Shown: in pieces, positions 30,183 through 40,900 of the stretch
How positions within the stretch are numbered: the first letter of the stretch is position 1
Layout of the letters: each line of letters starts with the position of its first letter
Translations under genes and position numbers: made by a program
NCBI GenBank assembly: GCA_903936775.1
Contig: CAIZWU010000118.1
Span: forward strand, 7,952 to 71,951
Direction of reading: 5' to 3'
Length of the DNA: 64,000 bases
DNA from: an uncultured bacterium
Lineage (GTDB): Bacteria > Verrucomicrobiota > Verrucomicrobiia > Verrucomicrobiales > V1-33
The notes under the pieces: generated by a model
The model's database searches: none
What the model saw: the letters and a program-made list of their open reading frames with translations, nothing else
Told to the model about the DNA's origin: nothing

Positions 30183-31016
30183 ATGATTAAACTTTTCCGG
30201 ACTTCCGATGCGGTGCTCGCGGTGCGCGGGGACGAGGCCTTCGCGCTGAATGATTTTTCCTTCGATGCCCTGTTCCGCTCCCCGGAGCCTGACATTCTGG
30301 TGGAGGAGGCGCTGCGCACCGCCCATTCCATCTCCCTGCCGGATCCCGCGCAAGCCTGGCTGGCCCCGTTGGAGTCGCAGGAAGTCTGGGCCGCGGGCGT
30401 CACCTACCTGCGCAGCCGGGCCGCCCGCATGGAGGAATCGGAGAGCGCCGGGGCCGACCGGTTTTACGACAAAGTGTACGCCGCGGACCGTCCGGAGCTG
30501 TTTTTCAAAGCCACCGCTCCCCGGGTGCGGGGCCATCTCGGTTTGGTCGGCATCCGCCACGACAGCACTTGGAGTGTGCCGGAGCCGGAACTCACCCTCG
30601 CGCTCAATGCCGCCGGTCAGGTTTTCGGGTTCACCATCGGCAATGACATGAGTGCCCGCGACATCGAAGGGGAAAACCCCCTCTACCTGCCGCAGGCCAA
30701 GATGTATCGCGGTTCCTGCGCGCTGGGTCCCTGCCTCCTGATGGGCTCCCGCCTGCCTGCGGCCGACGCCGCGGTGGATCTGATCATTGAACGGGCCGGA
30801 GCCACCGCTTTCGAAGGCCACACCGCCCTCGATCAATTGAAACGGAGTTTCACCGAACTCGCGGGCTGGCTGTTCAAGGAGGAGGATTTCCCCAATGGCT
30901 GTCTGCTCATGACCGGCACCGGCATCGTGCCGGACAGCAACTTCACCCTCCAGTCCGGCGACCGCATCCGTATTGCGATTGCTGGCATTGGCGAATTGAT
31001 CAACACCGTCGCTTAG
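30183..31016 (+). CDS. fumarylacetoacetate hydrolase (FAH)-family protein
   Basis: 277 aa. FAH-like blocks VWAAGVTY, ELTLALN, GFTIGNDMSARD and LMTGTGIVP. Confidence 0.75.
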   Translation: MIKLFRTSDAVLAVRGDEAFALNDFSFDALFRSPEPDILVEEALRTAHSISLPDPAQAWLAPLESQEVWAAGVTYLRSRAARMEESESAGADRFYDKVYAADRPELFFKATAPRVRGHLGLVGIRHDSTWSVPEPELTLALNAAGQVFGFTIGNDMSARDIEGENPLYLPQAKMYRGSCALGPCLLMGSRLPAADAAVDLIIERAGATAFEGHTALDQLKRSFTELAGWLFKEEDFPNGCLLMTGTGIVPDSNFTLQSGDRIRIAIAGIGELINTVA

Positions 31017-31040
31017 CGGCAGTCGGACCCGGACAGAACC

Positions 31041-31709
31041 ATGGAAGACCCCTCCCTCCTCACCCCCGTGGAAGCCCGCGTGCTGGGCTGCCTGCTCGAA
31101 AAAGAGATCACCACGCCGGACTACTATCCGATGTCTTTGAATGCTGTGGTGGTGGCCTGCAACCAGCGCAGCAACCGCGACCCGGTGACCGAGTGGGAGG
31201 AGGCCACCGTCGAGGCGGGTCTCGACGGGCTGCGGCGCAAGCGGCTGGCGGTCATGATCCATCTCGCCGGCGCCCGCGTGCCCAAATACAAACACGCCTT
31301 CGATGCCGTCTACGGCAACCTCGACCAGGCCATGACCGACATCCTCTGCGAGTTGTTGGTGAGGAATTTTCAAACGCCCGGCGAACTCCGCACCCGCACC
31401 GAACGGCTGCACCTGATCCCTGATCTCGCCGTGCTGGAGGATGCGCTGCAACGCCTCGTCAACTATGGCAGTGGCCCCCTGGTGACGATCCTTCCCCCCG
31501 GCGGCGGCCGCCGGGTCCGCACCGTGGCGCACCTGATGTGCGGACCCGTGGACGAAGCCGCCGCGGCGCTGCCTTCCCCGGCCATTCCTTCCATCGTGGC
31601 TCCGCCCGCCGATTGGAAAGCGGACATGGAACAGGAGGTCGCGGCCTTGAAACAGGAAGTGGCCTCCCTCCGTGAAACCGTGGACCGTCTGAAGGTGCTG
31701 CTGGATTGA
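31041..31709 (+). CDS. YceH / DUF480 (UPF0502) family protein
   Basis: N-terminus LTPVEARVLGCLLEKEITTPDYYPMSLNAVVVACNQRSNRDPV is the family signature. The C-terminus is a coiled coil. Confidence 0.8.
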   Translation: MEDPSLLTPVEARVLGCLLEKEITTPDYYPMSLNAVVVACNQRSNRDPVTEWEEATVEAGLDGLRRKRLAVMIHLAGARVPKYKHAFDAVYGNLDQAMTDILCELLVRNFQTPGELRTRTERLHLIPDLAVLEDALQRLVNYGSGPLVTILPPGGGRRVRTVAHLMCGPVDEAAAALPSPAIPSIVAPPADWKADMEQEVAALKQEVASLRETVDRLKVLLD

Positions 31710-31866
31710 GCGCCTGGAGTCCCGCTCCGTCATGGAAGAGCCGGGGGCGACCGGTGATGGCTGGTTTGGTAAAAGGAGAAGCCATGGCGCGCCGAAATCA
31801 CAGAGGGAAAGGTGATCCTGCTGGACTCTCCAGGATACCCTGTTAGATTTTCCAGATCATCCTCTC

Positions 31867-34257
31867 ATGTGGCCCCAACCGCTGATTCTGCCGATGGCCG
31901 CCCTCGTCTCCGGGGCCGGCTTGATGGCAAGCCGTGTTCAGGCCGGACAGCCGCAAGCCATGCCGGAGGTGCTGATTCCGATCCGCATGCCGGGCGATCC
32001 TGCGATTCTTTTGCCCACCCAAGCGAGGGAAAGCGGGCTGCCGCTGACCTGGGAGGTCGCGACCGGACCCGCAACGGTGTCAGGGAACATTGTGACCCTG
32101 ACCGGGGAGTTGGGACCGGTGACCTTGAAGGCCAGTCAGCCTGGCGATGCGGGGTGGGATCCGCTGGTGGGGCAGGTGTGTTTTTCCGTGACGGAGGACG
32201 GCGGTTACACACAGGTTTCCCTGACCGATCAATACTCATCGATTCGTTCCTATGCCGTATCGCGTTCGGGTAGGATCACCGGTTGGGGAGTTAATGGTGC
32301 AGCCAAGCCACTAACTACCAAGAAAGGCAGGCGCTGGAAGTGGGTAAGTGGTGGTGGGTGGTCCAGGCCTTATGCTATCGCTGAAGATGGGGGTCTCTGG
32401 GCCTGGGGGGATGGATTCTTGGGCAAGCCGCCACAACCGGATGGAAGCGCTGCTGAACCGTTCAGAATCGGGGTGGAAAATAATTGGCGGGCCGTGTCTG
32501 CTGGCAGAAGCCTGCGGGCGGCCATCAAGACCGATGGGACTTTGTGGGCATGGACCAATCCAGAGGGATTCCCGATCAATAACCTACCCGTTTTGAAAGA
32601 TGCCCGCACTGATTGGGCGGATGTCTGGGTTTCGCGTGATGATGGCAGTTTCTTTAGGCGATCCGATGGCACAACCTATCAACTAAAAGGTTCAAATGGT
32701 GGAAGTTCACTCTATACGGGGCAAAATGGCAGTGGACAATGGGCTGCTGCTTCCGTTAGTATCGGTGGGCTCACCGCCATTAGGGCAGATGGAACCCTGT
32801 GGCTCCATTATGGACAAGACTTTGGACTTAGCATGGATACCGACTGGATGGCGGTGGCTTCACTGAAAGAATTTTACATGGCACTGCGGTCGGAAGGAAC
32901 GTTGTGGGGAGGTCCGATGACCCGGGGTTCGCCGCCGCAGTTACCTGCGCACTATGTCACGAAAACGCGATGGTCGAAAATCTTTCCTGGAGACGACAGA
33001 TTGGAACTCATCAGTCTGGATGGGGCGCTGTGGATCAGGAACACTTTTGTTTATCCACCTTCGACAGGAGCGAATTCTGACGGAGGTTTTACCCGGGTAG
33101 CCCCAGCCTTTTTCCCGCAAACCCTCGACTTCATGGCCGCACGGGAGCAGCCGTTTCCCGTGGTGGCCGGTTCCATCCTCGCGGTGCCGGAGGCGGCGTT
33201 GAATAGCAGGTTGCCCGTGGAATTGACCGTGGTCAGCGGTCCGGCGGAGATCGTGGGGCAGGGGATTTTTTTCACGGGTCCGGGGCTTGTTGAGGTCAGC
33301 TTCAAACAGGCGGGCAATGCCACGTGGGGATTTTTCGAGGAGCGCCGCACCTTCCTGTCAGGAGCCCCGGGTCCGGAGATTGCGGTGCATGACGGCAAGT
33401 CCGCCACCCATCCGGCGCGCCAGGAGGGTGGGGCGGTGATCCTGCTCGGCAAGAAAACGCGGTCCGCCATGGCGGCAGGCTTGCCGCGTTCCTTTGTGAT
33501 TGAGAACACCGGGACCGACCCGTTGCAGCTGTCGGCGGTCACCGCGGAAACGGCGGGCCCCCTGACATTTACCACGCCCTTCGTCCCCGTGACGGTGGCG
33601 CCAGGGGGTTCGGTGCTGCTGGAGTTGACGCTGCGGGCAACGGAATACGGAAGCCATGCCCTGACGGTGCTGCTGCACAGCGATGACACCGATGAACCGG
33701 CCTACCGCATTCCGTTCCAGATCGTGCTGGCCAACACCCCGCCGGAGGCCCGCACCGGACCGGACCGGCAGATCCATGCCGGCCAGCCGATGCGGCTGGA
33801 TGGAGCATTTTTCAGCCGGGATCTGGAGCAGGCCGCGGTGGCCCTGACTTATGAATGGGATCTGGATGGGAATGGATATGCCTCCATCGGAGCCGTGCAG
33901 GAAATCACCCTGGCCAGTCCCGGCCAGCGCCTGACCGCGAAGCTGCGTGTGACGGATGCCGACGGAGCGGTGGCCTATTCGCAGTGTGCCATCAGCGCGG
34001 TGGCCCCGGGAATGGAAATCCCCACGGCCATCCGTCTGGCGGCGGACGGGGCATATGAGTTGGTGTTCCACGGAGAGCCCGGAAAAAAATACCGGACATT
34101 CGTGTCCTGGGATCTGACCCGATGGGAGCGGGAGGATTCCGGCACTTCTCAAAAATTTCCGGTGATGATCGCTGGGCCAGATGGGTTTTTCCCGGCGCGA
34201 TCGTGGTCCAAATACGAGGGGCGCACCTTCTATCGGGCCCAGGAAGTGGATGAATGA
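31867..34257 (+). CDS. secreted multidomain protein: RCC1-like beta-propeller repeats, Ig-like domains and a PKD-like domain
   Basis: Signal-like N-terminus. About 7 repeats carry DG(T/G)LW(A/L)(W/H) (DGGLWAWGDG, DGTLWAWTNP, DGTLWLHYG, EGTLWGG, DGALWIRN). The C-terminus has LTYEWDLDGNG, a PKD-type block. Confidence 0.5.
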   Translation: MWPQPLILPMAALVSGAGLMASRVQAGQPQAMPEVLIPIRMPGDPAILLPTQARESGLPLTWEVATGPATVSGNIVTLTGELGPVTLKASQPGDAGWDPLVGQVCFSVTEDGGYTQVSLTDQYSSIRSYAVSRSGRITGWGVNGAAKPLTTKKGRRWKWVSGGGWSRPYAIAEDGGLWAWGDGFLGKPPQPDGSAAEPFRIGVENNWRAVSAGRSLRAAIKTDGTLWAWTNPEGFPINNLPVLKDARTDWADVWVSRDDGSFFRRSDGTTYQLKGSNGGSSLYTGQNGSGQWAAASVSIGGLTAIRADGTLWLHYGQDFGLSMDTDWMAVASLKEFYMALRSEGTLWGGPMTRGSPPQLPAHYVTKTRWSKIFPGDDRLELISLDGALWIRNTFVYPPSTGANSDGGFTRVAPAFFPQTLDFMAAREQPFPVVAGSILAVPEAALNSRLPVELTVVSGPAEIVGQGIFFTGPGLVEVSFKQAGNATWGFFEERRTFLSGAPGPEIAVHDGKSATHPARQEGGAVILLGKKTRSAMAAGLPRSFVIENTGTDPLQLSAVTAETAGPLTFTTPFVPVTVAPGGSVLLELTLRATEYGSHALTVLLHSDDTDEPAYRIPFQIVLANTPPEARTGPDRQIHAGQPMRLDGAFFSRDLEQAAVALTYEWDLDGNGYASIGAVQEITLASPGQRLTAKLRVTDADGAVAYSQCAISAVAPGMEIPTAIRLAADGAYELVFHGEPGKKYRTFVSWDLTRWEREDSGTSQKFPVMIAGPDGFFPARSWSKYEGRTFYRAQEVDE

Positions 34258-34311
34258 GAAATAGACGACCCTTTGGAGATTCCCACCCAGACTTGATGCT
34301 GGGATTCGGAA

Positions 34312-34974
34312 TCAGGACCCAGGCAAATGGACCGTCGCCAGGATGGTGGAGCCAGGGCCGGGGCGGGTGGAGACGGGATGCGTTTCTCCGGTCTCCAGAT
34401 TGGTTACGCTGGCGGGCTGGCCGTCCCTGATGGTGACATGGATTTTGTCGGGAGGAAGGGACATGCCGCGGCCGGTGGCTTTCATGAGGGCTTCCTTGGC
34501 GGTCCAGAGGTGGAAAAAGCGGTCCACCGGGCCTTCCGCGATCCAGTCGCGTTCTGTGGGCAGGAAAAATTCCGCCGCGATCTCCAGGGCGGGAAAGGTG
34601 GGATCGATGGTTTCCAGATCCACCCCGAGGCGGCCACCCTGACAGATGCCGAGAGCGATCCATCCGCCGGTGTGGGACAGGTTGAAATCCAAGGCTGCCC
34701 CCGGCACATAAAGCCGCCCGCCGGGTTCGGCGGCGATTTCCACCGCTTCCGGACTCAGGCCGAGCACGGACCCCAGCTGCTGTCTGACCCACGCCCGGCC
34801 GCGGACCCAGCGCTGCCGGTCGCGTTCGAAGTGAAACCGTGCCGCACGGAGATGCTCGGAAGCTGACAGGATGGACCAGGCCGCCTCCCCATCGGAAGTG
34901 CCGTCGCCCTCCGTCGGCTGGACGGCGAGCAAAAGCGTTCCCGGGAGCAAGGATGAGCCTGGGAAAAGATCCAT
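34312..34974 (-). CDS. 4'-phosphopantetheinyl transferase, Sfp type
   Basis: Track ORF trimmed to ATG 34974. Motifs FNLSHTGGWIALG, GVDLE and LWTAKEALMKATG. It starts 13 nt downstream of the megasynthase stop. Confidence 0.85.
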   Translation of the reverse strand: MDLFPGSSLLPGTLLLAVQPTEGDGTSDGEAAWSILSASEHLRAARFHFERDRQRWVRGRAWVRQQLGSVLGLSPEAVEIAAEPGGRLYVPGAALDFNLSHTGGWIALGICQGGRLGVDLETIDPTFPALEIAAEFFLPTERDWIAEGPVDRFFHLWTAKEALMKATGRGMSLPPDKIHVTIRDGQPASVTNLETGETHPVSTRPGPGSTILATVHLPGS

Positions 34975-34987
34975 GGACGGGTGAAGG

Positions 34988-37900
34988 CTAGTGGAGTTGG
35001 AAGGGCCGGGCGGGCACCTTGCCTTCAAGGGCCTGGCGCAGTTGGGTGGCCAGGACGCCGGCGTTCTCCGGATCGAAGAGTTCAAGGTGATTGCCGCGGA
35101 CATCGCGGATTTGCAGCGACGCGACCGCCGTGCCCCACCCGTAGTCCGGCAGCCGTTCATACTTGTCGTTCTCGGCGGTCGAGCGCAGCAGCACCATGGA
35201 ACCGGGATACGGCCGGACTTTATAGTCCTGGATGGCATCAATGTGGGTCAGACGGACCTGGATGATCCGCAGATGGCCGGACGCGGCCGTGCCGGAATCC
35301 AACAGGGTGCGGGCTTCCGCTGCCTCGGCATCGCGGTTCAGCTTGCCTTTGAGGCCGGTGCCGATCCGCCCGCCCAGACCTTTGACCTTGCCGCTGAAAT
35401 CCTGTCCGCCCTGACGCCAGCCCGCCGCGAGTCGTTCCGTCAGGGTCAGCATGCGCACGCCCACCCCGGGATTCTCGGTGTCGAAGAGGATCAGATGTTC
35501 CGTGCTCTGGCCGGTGGCCCGGAGTTGCTGCGCCATTTCATAGGCCACCAGTCCGCCGAAGGAGTATCCGCCAATGCGATAGGGGCCCTCGGCCTGGACG
35601 GTTTGCATCAAGGTGATGAAGTGGTGGGCGGTGGCTTCCACGTTCTTCCGTGCCAGCAGCCAGTCATCATCGGTGAGGGCGGGGGACTCGAGGATGTAGA
35701 CCGGGGTTTCCGGCCCCAATCCAGGCAGCAGGGCGCGGTAAAACAGGGCCCCGCCATCGCCGCCATGGAGGAGGAAAAGCGGGGGTGCATCAAGGCCCCG
35801 TTGCAGGCAGGCGAGGGCATCGCCGGCGGGACGCAGCAGGGGATTGGCGCTGGCGTGGTCGATGGCCTCGGACAAACGGCTCAAGGTCGGCGATTTGAAA
35901 AGGGCTCCGAGCGGCAGGGTCACCGAAAAGTCCTGACGGATTTTCTGGATCAGCCGCAGGCCATTGAGCGAGGTGCCCCCGGTATCAAAGAAGTCGGTGT
36001 CGGGGCCGATATGATTGGTGCCCAGCACCTGCTGCCAGAGGCTGGCAAGGCGGATTTCGGTCGCCGTCTGTGGAGGCGTCCATTTCTTGTCAGGCGTGGC
36101 CGAAGCCTCCGGCAGAGGCAGGGCGCGGTAGTCGATCTTGCCGTTGGCGGTGACCGGGAGGGAATCCACCAGCAGGATCACGGAAGGGACCATGTATTCG
36201 GGGAGTTGCTGGCGCACCGCTTCCCGCAGGGTTTTGGGAGTGGCGGGCAGTTCCGGGCGGACCACCACCCACGCCACCAGCCTTTTGCCGGCGGCGGTTT
36301 CCCCTACGGCGGCCACACAGCATTTTTCGACCGAGAGGTGGCGGCCGAGGATGTTTTCCACCTCGCCGGGTTCGATGCGGAATCCGCGTATTTTCACCTG
36401 GGTGTCGATGCGGCCGAGGAATTCCAGCACTCCGTCCACCCGCCAGCGGACCAGGTCGCCGGTGCGATAGAGTGTCGCCTCAGGGTCTGCCGAGAAAGGA
36501 TTCCTCACAAAGGTTTTTGCGGTCAGCTCCGGACGGTTCCAGTAGCCTGGGGCCAGCCCCTCGCCCCCGGTCCACAATTCCCCCGGGACCCCGGGGGGCG
36601 CCGGCTGCCCCTCCGCATCCAGCACGTAAACCGTGGTGTGGGCGACCGGTTTGCCGATCGGAATGATGCCGCTGGCGGCGTCCTCCGGAGTCAGGGTATG
36701 GCAGCAGGTGAAGGTGGTGTTTTCGGTAGGGCCATAGCCGTTGATGATCCGGGTCTCCGGCAGGGCCGCCATGGCTTTGCGGACATGGGCGGGCGAGAGC
36801 ACATCGCCCCCGGCGAGCAGTTGCCGGAGGGACTTCAGGTCGTCCAGCCGCTCATCGACCATCATGGAAAAAAGGCCGGAAGTGAGCCAGAGGGTGGTGA
36901 CGCCATGACGCCGGATGGCGTCACCGATGGCTTCGAGGGACATTTGTCCATCAGGTAGCAGGGCGAGGCGGCCGCCATTGAGCAGCGGGCCCCACAGTTC
37001 CAAGGTGCTGGCATCGAAAGACAGGGCGGCCGCGAGCAGGAAGGTCTGCTGGTCGTCGAGCACGGCATAGTTGGTGTTCCGGACCAGCCGGACGATGCCG
37101 CGGTGGGGCACGGGATTGCCTTTGGGCAGGCCGGTGGAGCCCGAGGTATAGATCAGATAGGCGATGTCTTCCGGCCCGGTCCCCGGATTGGGGTTGCCGC
37201 GGTCCTCCCCCTGGATGGCCTCCTCCAGCAGCAGCGTCTGGATGCCGCCGGGAACGGCCGGAGCATGCCATGAATCCGTCAGGACAAGGCGGATGCCGGC
37301 GTCGCGCAGGAGGAATTCCACGCGTTCCTTTGGATAGGAAGGGTCGACCGGCACGTAGGCGGCCCCGGCTTTGAGGATTCCCAGCAGGCCGGCCACGAGC
37401 TCGAAGGATTTGCCGGCATAGACCGCAATCCGGTCTCCGCGGGCGACTCCGTTGGCAGTGAGAATGCTGGCGATCCGGTTGGCGGTGGTATTCAGGTGGC
37501 GATAAGTCCAGACGCGGTCTTCCTGGAGAATCGCGGGCTGGTCAGGGCGGACGGCGGCGATTTCCTCAAAAAGCGCCGCCGCCGTCCGGGGGGGAGGCGG
37601 AGGGCATCCTGTGTCGTTGAAAGTGGTGAGGATTTCCTCCCGCTGGGCGGCGGAAAGCAGGGGCAATTGCCGCACGGGGGTGGCCGGGGCCGCGATCATG
37701 CCTTCCAGCAAAACCTGATAGTACTGCATCCAGCGCGCCACGGTGGACGGGTGGAAAAGATGGTTCCGGTAGACGCAGAGCAGGCGGAACCCTTCGTTGG
37801 TCTGGAAGGCAAACAGGCTCAGATCAAAGCCGAGCCGGCGTTTGGCATTGAGTTGGAATTCGCCATGCAACCCTCCGCCCAGATCGAGGGGGCCGGCGGC

Positions 37901-40900
37901 GGGTTCCAGGGTGAAGGTGGTCCTGACAAAGCCTGATCTGCCGGCGGCCGTGAGGCCCGGCAACAGGTCCAGGACCTCGCCCAGGGTGCAGTCGAGGTGC
38001 TCCTGGGCGGCGAGGAACTGCTGACGGGTCAAGGCCAGCAGGGAAGTGGCGGTACTGCCTTCCGGGAGGGTGAGGCGGAGAGGCAGGAACTGCACACAAT
38101 GACCCACCAGACCAGGGTTTCCGCTGGCCGGTTGATTGGCCAGCGGCGTGCCGATCACCACATCATCCTGGCCGGTCAGGCGGCCGAGCAGACATTGCCA
38201 CGCAGTCAGGAAGGCCACGTAAGGAGTGACTTTGTTTGCCCGGCAGAAATTCCGCAGCCGTGCAGTGAGGGCGGCCGGCAGCGGTATTTCCAGGGAATCG
38301 GCATCGAGAGGAGTATCGGCCCGGCGCGGCAGATCGGCGGGCAATTCCAACGGCTGGGGCAGCGTGGCGAACTGACCGCGCCACCAGGCCCGGGCTTCTT
38401 CGAACTCACCACGGCTGGCCGCGTCCGTGCGGGTTTCGGCATACGCCGCATAGGACGGGGCCGGAGCCAATGCGGGCAGGGATTCGCCGCAGGCCGACCG
38501 GTAGAACAGGGGCAGCTCGTGCATCAGCACTCCGTAAGACCAGCCATCGCAGATGATATGGTGTGCCGTGAGGGTCAGACGGTGGCGGTCCGGGCCCAGC
38601 TTCAGCAGCAGGGCCCGCATCAAAGGGGGGCGGGCCAGATCGAAGGGAGTGAGGAACTCCCGGCGGCCGGCCTCCTCCCCCCGCCGCGAGGCCTCTTCCT
38701 CCGGGAGGCTGGAGAGATCTTCCTGCACCAGGGGCAGCGCGCCGCCGGGGCTGATCATCATTTGTCCGCCAGCGGCATCAAATCCGGTCCGCAGGGACTC
38801 ATGGCGGCGGGCCAGTTGCTGCAAGGCCGCTTCCAGGGCGGCGGGCTGCAACGGGCCGGAAAAATCCACCGTCAGCGACTCATGACACGCCAGGGAGGCC
38901 CCGGGACTCATGCGGGAAGCGAGGAACATTTCCTGCTGCGCGGGAATCAGCGGAGCGGTGACCGCTTCGGGATGCGGGAAAAAGCCACCCCGTTGGAGGG
39001 CGGAGATGCTGTCCGCGAAAGCCGTCAGGATTTCCTCCACGTCCTGCGCGGTGTGGGCGACGCTGAGGAAGCCGGGGCGTCCTTCCCAGAGGTGGATGCC
39101 GCGCAGGCGGAGGTGATAGTAGAGCAGGCCGGAGTATTTCAGGCCGGGGTCGGCATTCAGCATCCACATGCTGCTGAAGCGGGTCGATTTGAGGGGGACG
39201 CCGGTGGATTCGAAGAGGGCGTTGAGGCGGTCCACGAAGTCCCTCGTCTTGAGTTCCACCGCCTGCTGCAGGGTAGGCCCGATTTCCTTGAGTTTGAGGA
39301 GGACGGCACGGGCCGCGGCGAGGGTCAGGGGATGGCGGATGAAGGTGCCGGCGAAAAAGGTGACGCCCACTTCGGGCATGGAATCGTCGCCGTATTGCCA
39401 CGCTCCGCCATCGAGGGCATCCATGTATTTCCGCTGGCCGCAGATCACGCCCAGGGGCATGCCGCCGCCAATGATTTTGCCGTAGGCGACGAGGTCGGCC
39501 TGGATGCCGAAGTGAGCCTGCGCCCCGCCGGGGCCGGTGCGGAAACCCAGCACCACTTCATCGAAAACGAGGGCGGTGCCGGTGTCGCGGGTGATGGCGC
39601 GGAGCTTTTGGACAAAGTCGATCGGGACCACGTCCGGACGGCGGGACATCACGGGTTCCACCAGCACGCAGGCGATATCGTGGCCGTAGCGCTGCAGGAT
39701 TTCGAGGGATTCGGGATTGTCGTATTCGAGGACGAGGATACTGGCTTGCGCGAGGTCCGGAATGCCGGGCGCAATCGGGATGGAACGCAACTCGCCATTG
39801 ATGACGAGGGGACGGGCAAGGACTTCGTCGAAGATGCCGTGATACCCACCGGCGAACATGGCGATGATGTTGCGGCCGGAGATGGTGCGGCTGGTGCGGA
39901 TGGCGGCCATGAGGGCTTCCGATCCGGTATTGCAGAAGGCGACGCGTTCCTGGCCGCTGAACCCGCGGATGAGGTGGGCGACTTCGCCGGCCAGCGGTGA
40001 GGTGGGCCCGATCTCGAAGCCCAGATCGATCTGGGCGTGGAGGGCATCGGTGACGAATTTCGGACGGTGGCCGAAGAAGCCGAGGCCGAAGCCGTGGACG
40101 ACGTCGATCCAGCGGTGGCCGTCGGTGTCCCAGAGGTAGGCGCCTTCGCTGCGGTCGGTGACGGCGGGGAAGACCATGTCCTTCCACAGGAGATTGAATC
40201 CGGCGACGGCGCGGGGGTCGGCCAGGACGTCGCGGTGGTCGGCGGTGAAGGCTTTGGCTTTAGGGTATTTTGCGGTGTAAGCGGCGATGAGACCGGTGAG
40301 ATGCGCCTGCTGGAGGGGCGTGAGGCTGCCGTCCTTGGCGCGCTCAATGGGCTTGAAGGGGCCGAAGGCGATCTTCCTGCCGTCGCTGCCTTTGAGTGTT
40401 TTGACGGGGACGGTGTAGGCAGAGGCGGTGGGGCTGGAAGAAAAGGCACCGGGCTGGAGGCTGGTGCGGAGGGCGCTGATTTGTTGTTCAATAACAGCGA
40501 GGCGATCGGCGGTGGAGCCGGTGGCCGGGGTGGCGGAAAGCCCGGCCGCAGGGGGGCTGTTTTGAAGTGCTGGGGCAGGAGTGGCAGGCGGAAATTTGTC
40601 AGAGGGAAGTTGGGCGTCCAGCCAGGTGGCAAGATCGGCGATGCTGGCCTGGTCTTCCATCAGTTGGCGGAAGGTGATCTTGAGACCAAAGTGTTTTTTG
40701 AGGGAGTTGGAGGCGGAAGTCAGGAACAGGGAGTCGAAACCGAGGTCGAGGAAGGGCGTGGCGGGGTCGGCGGTGGCGGTGTCGATGCCGGAAATTTGGT
40801 GGAGTTGGGTGCGGAGTTCTTCAACAAGATGGGCATGGCGTGAAACGGCTGCGCTGATGGGAGCTTCCGAAACCAGGACCTCGGGAATTCCGGCGGCAGT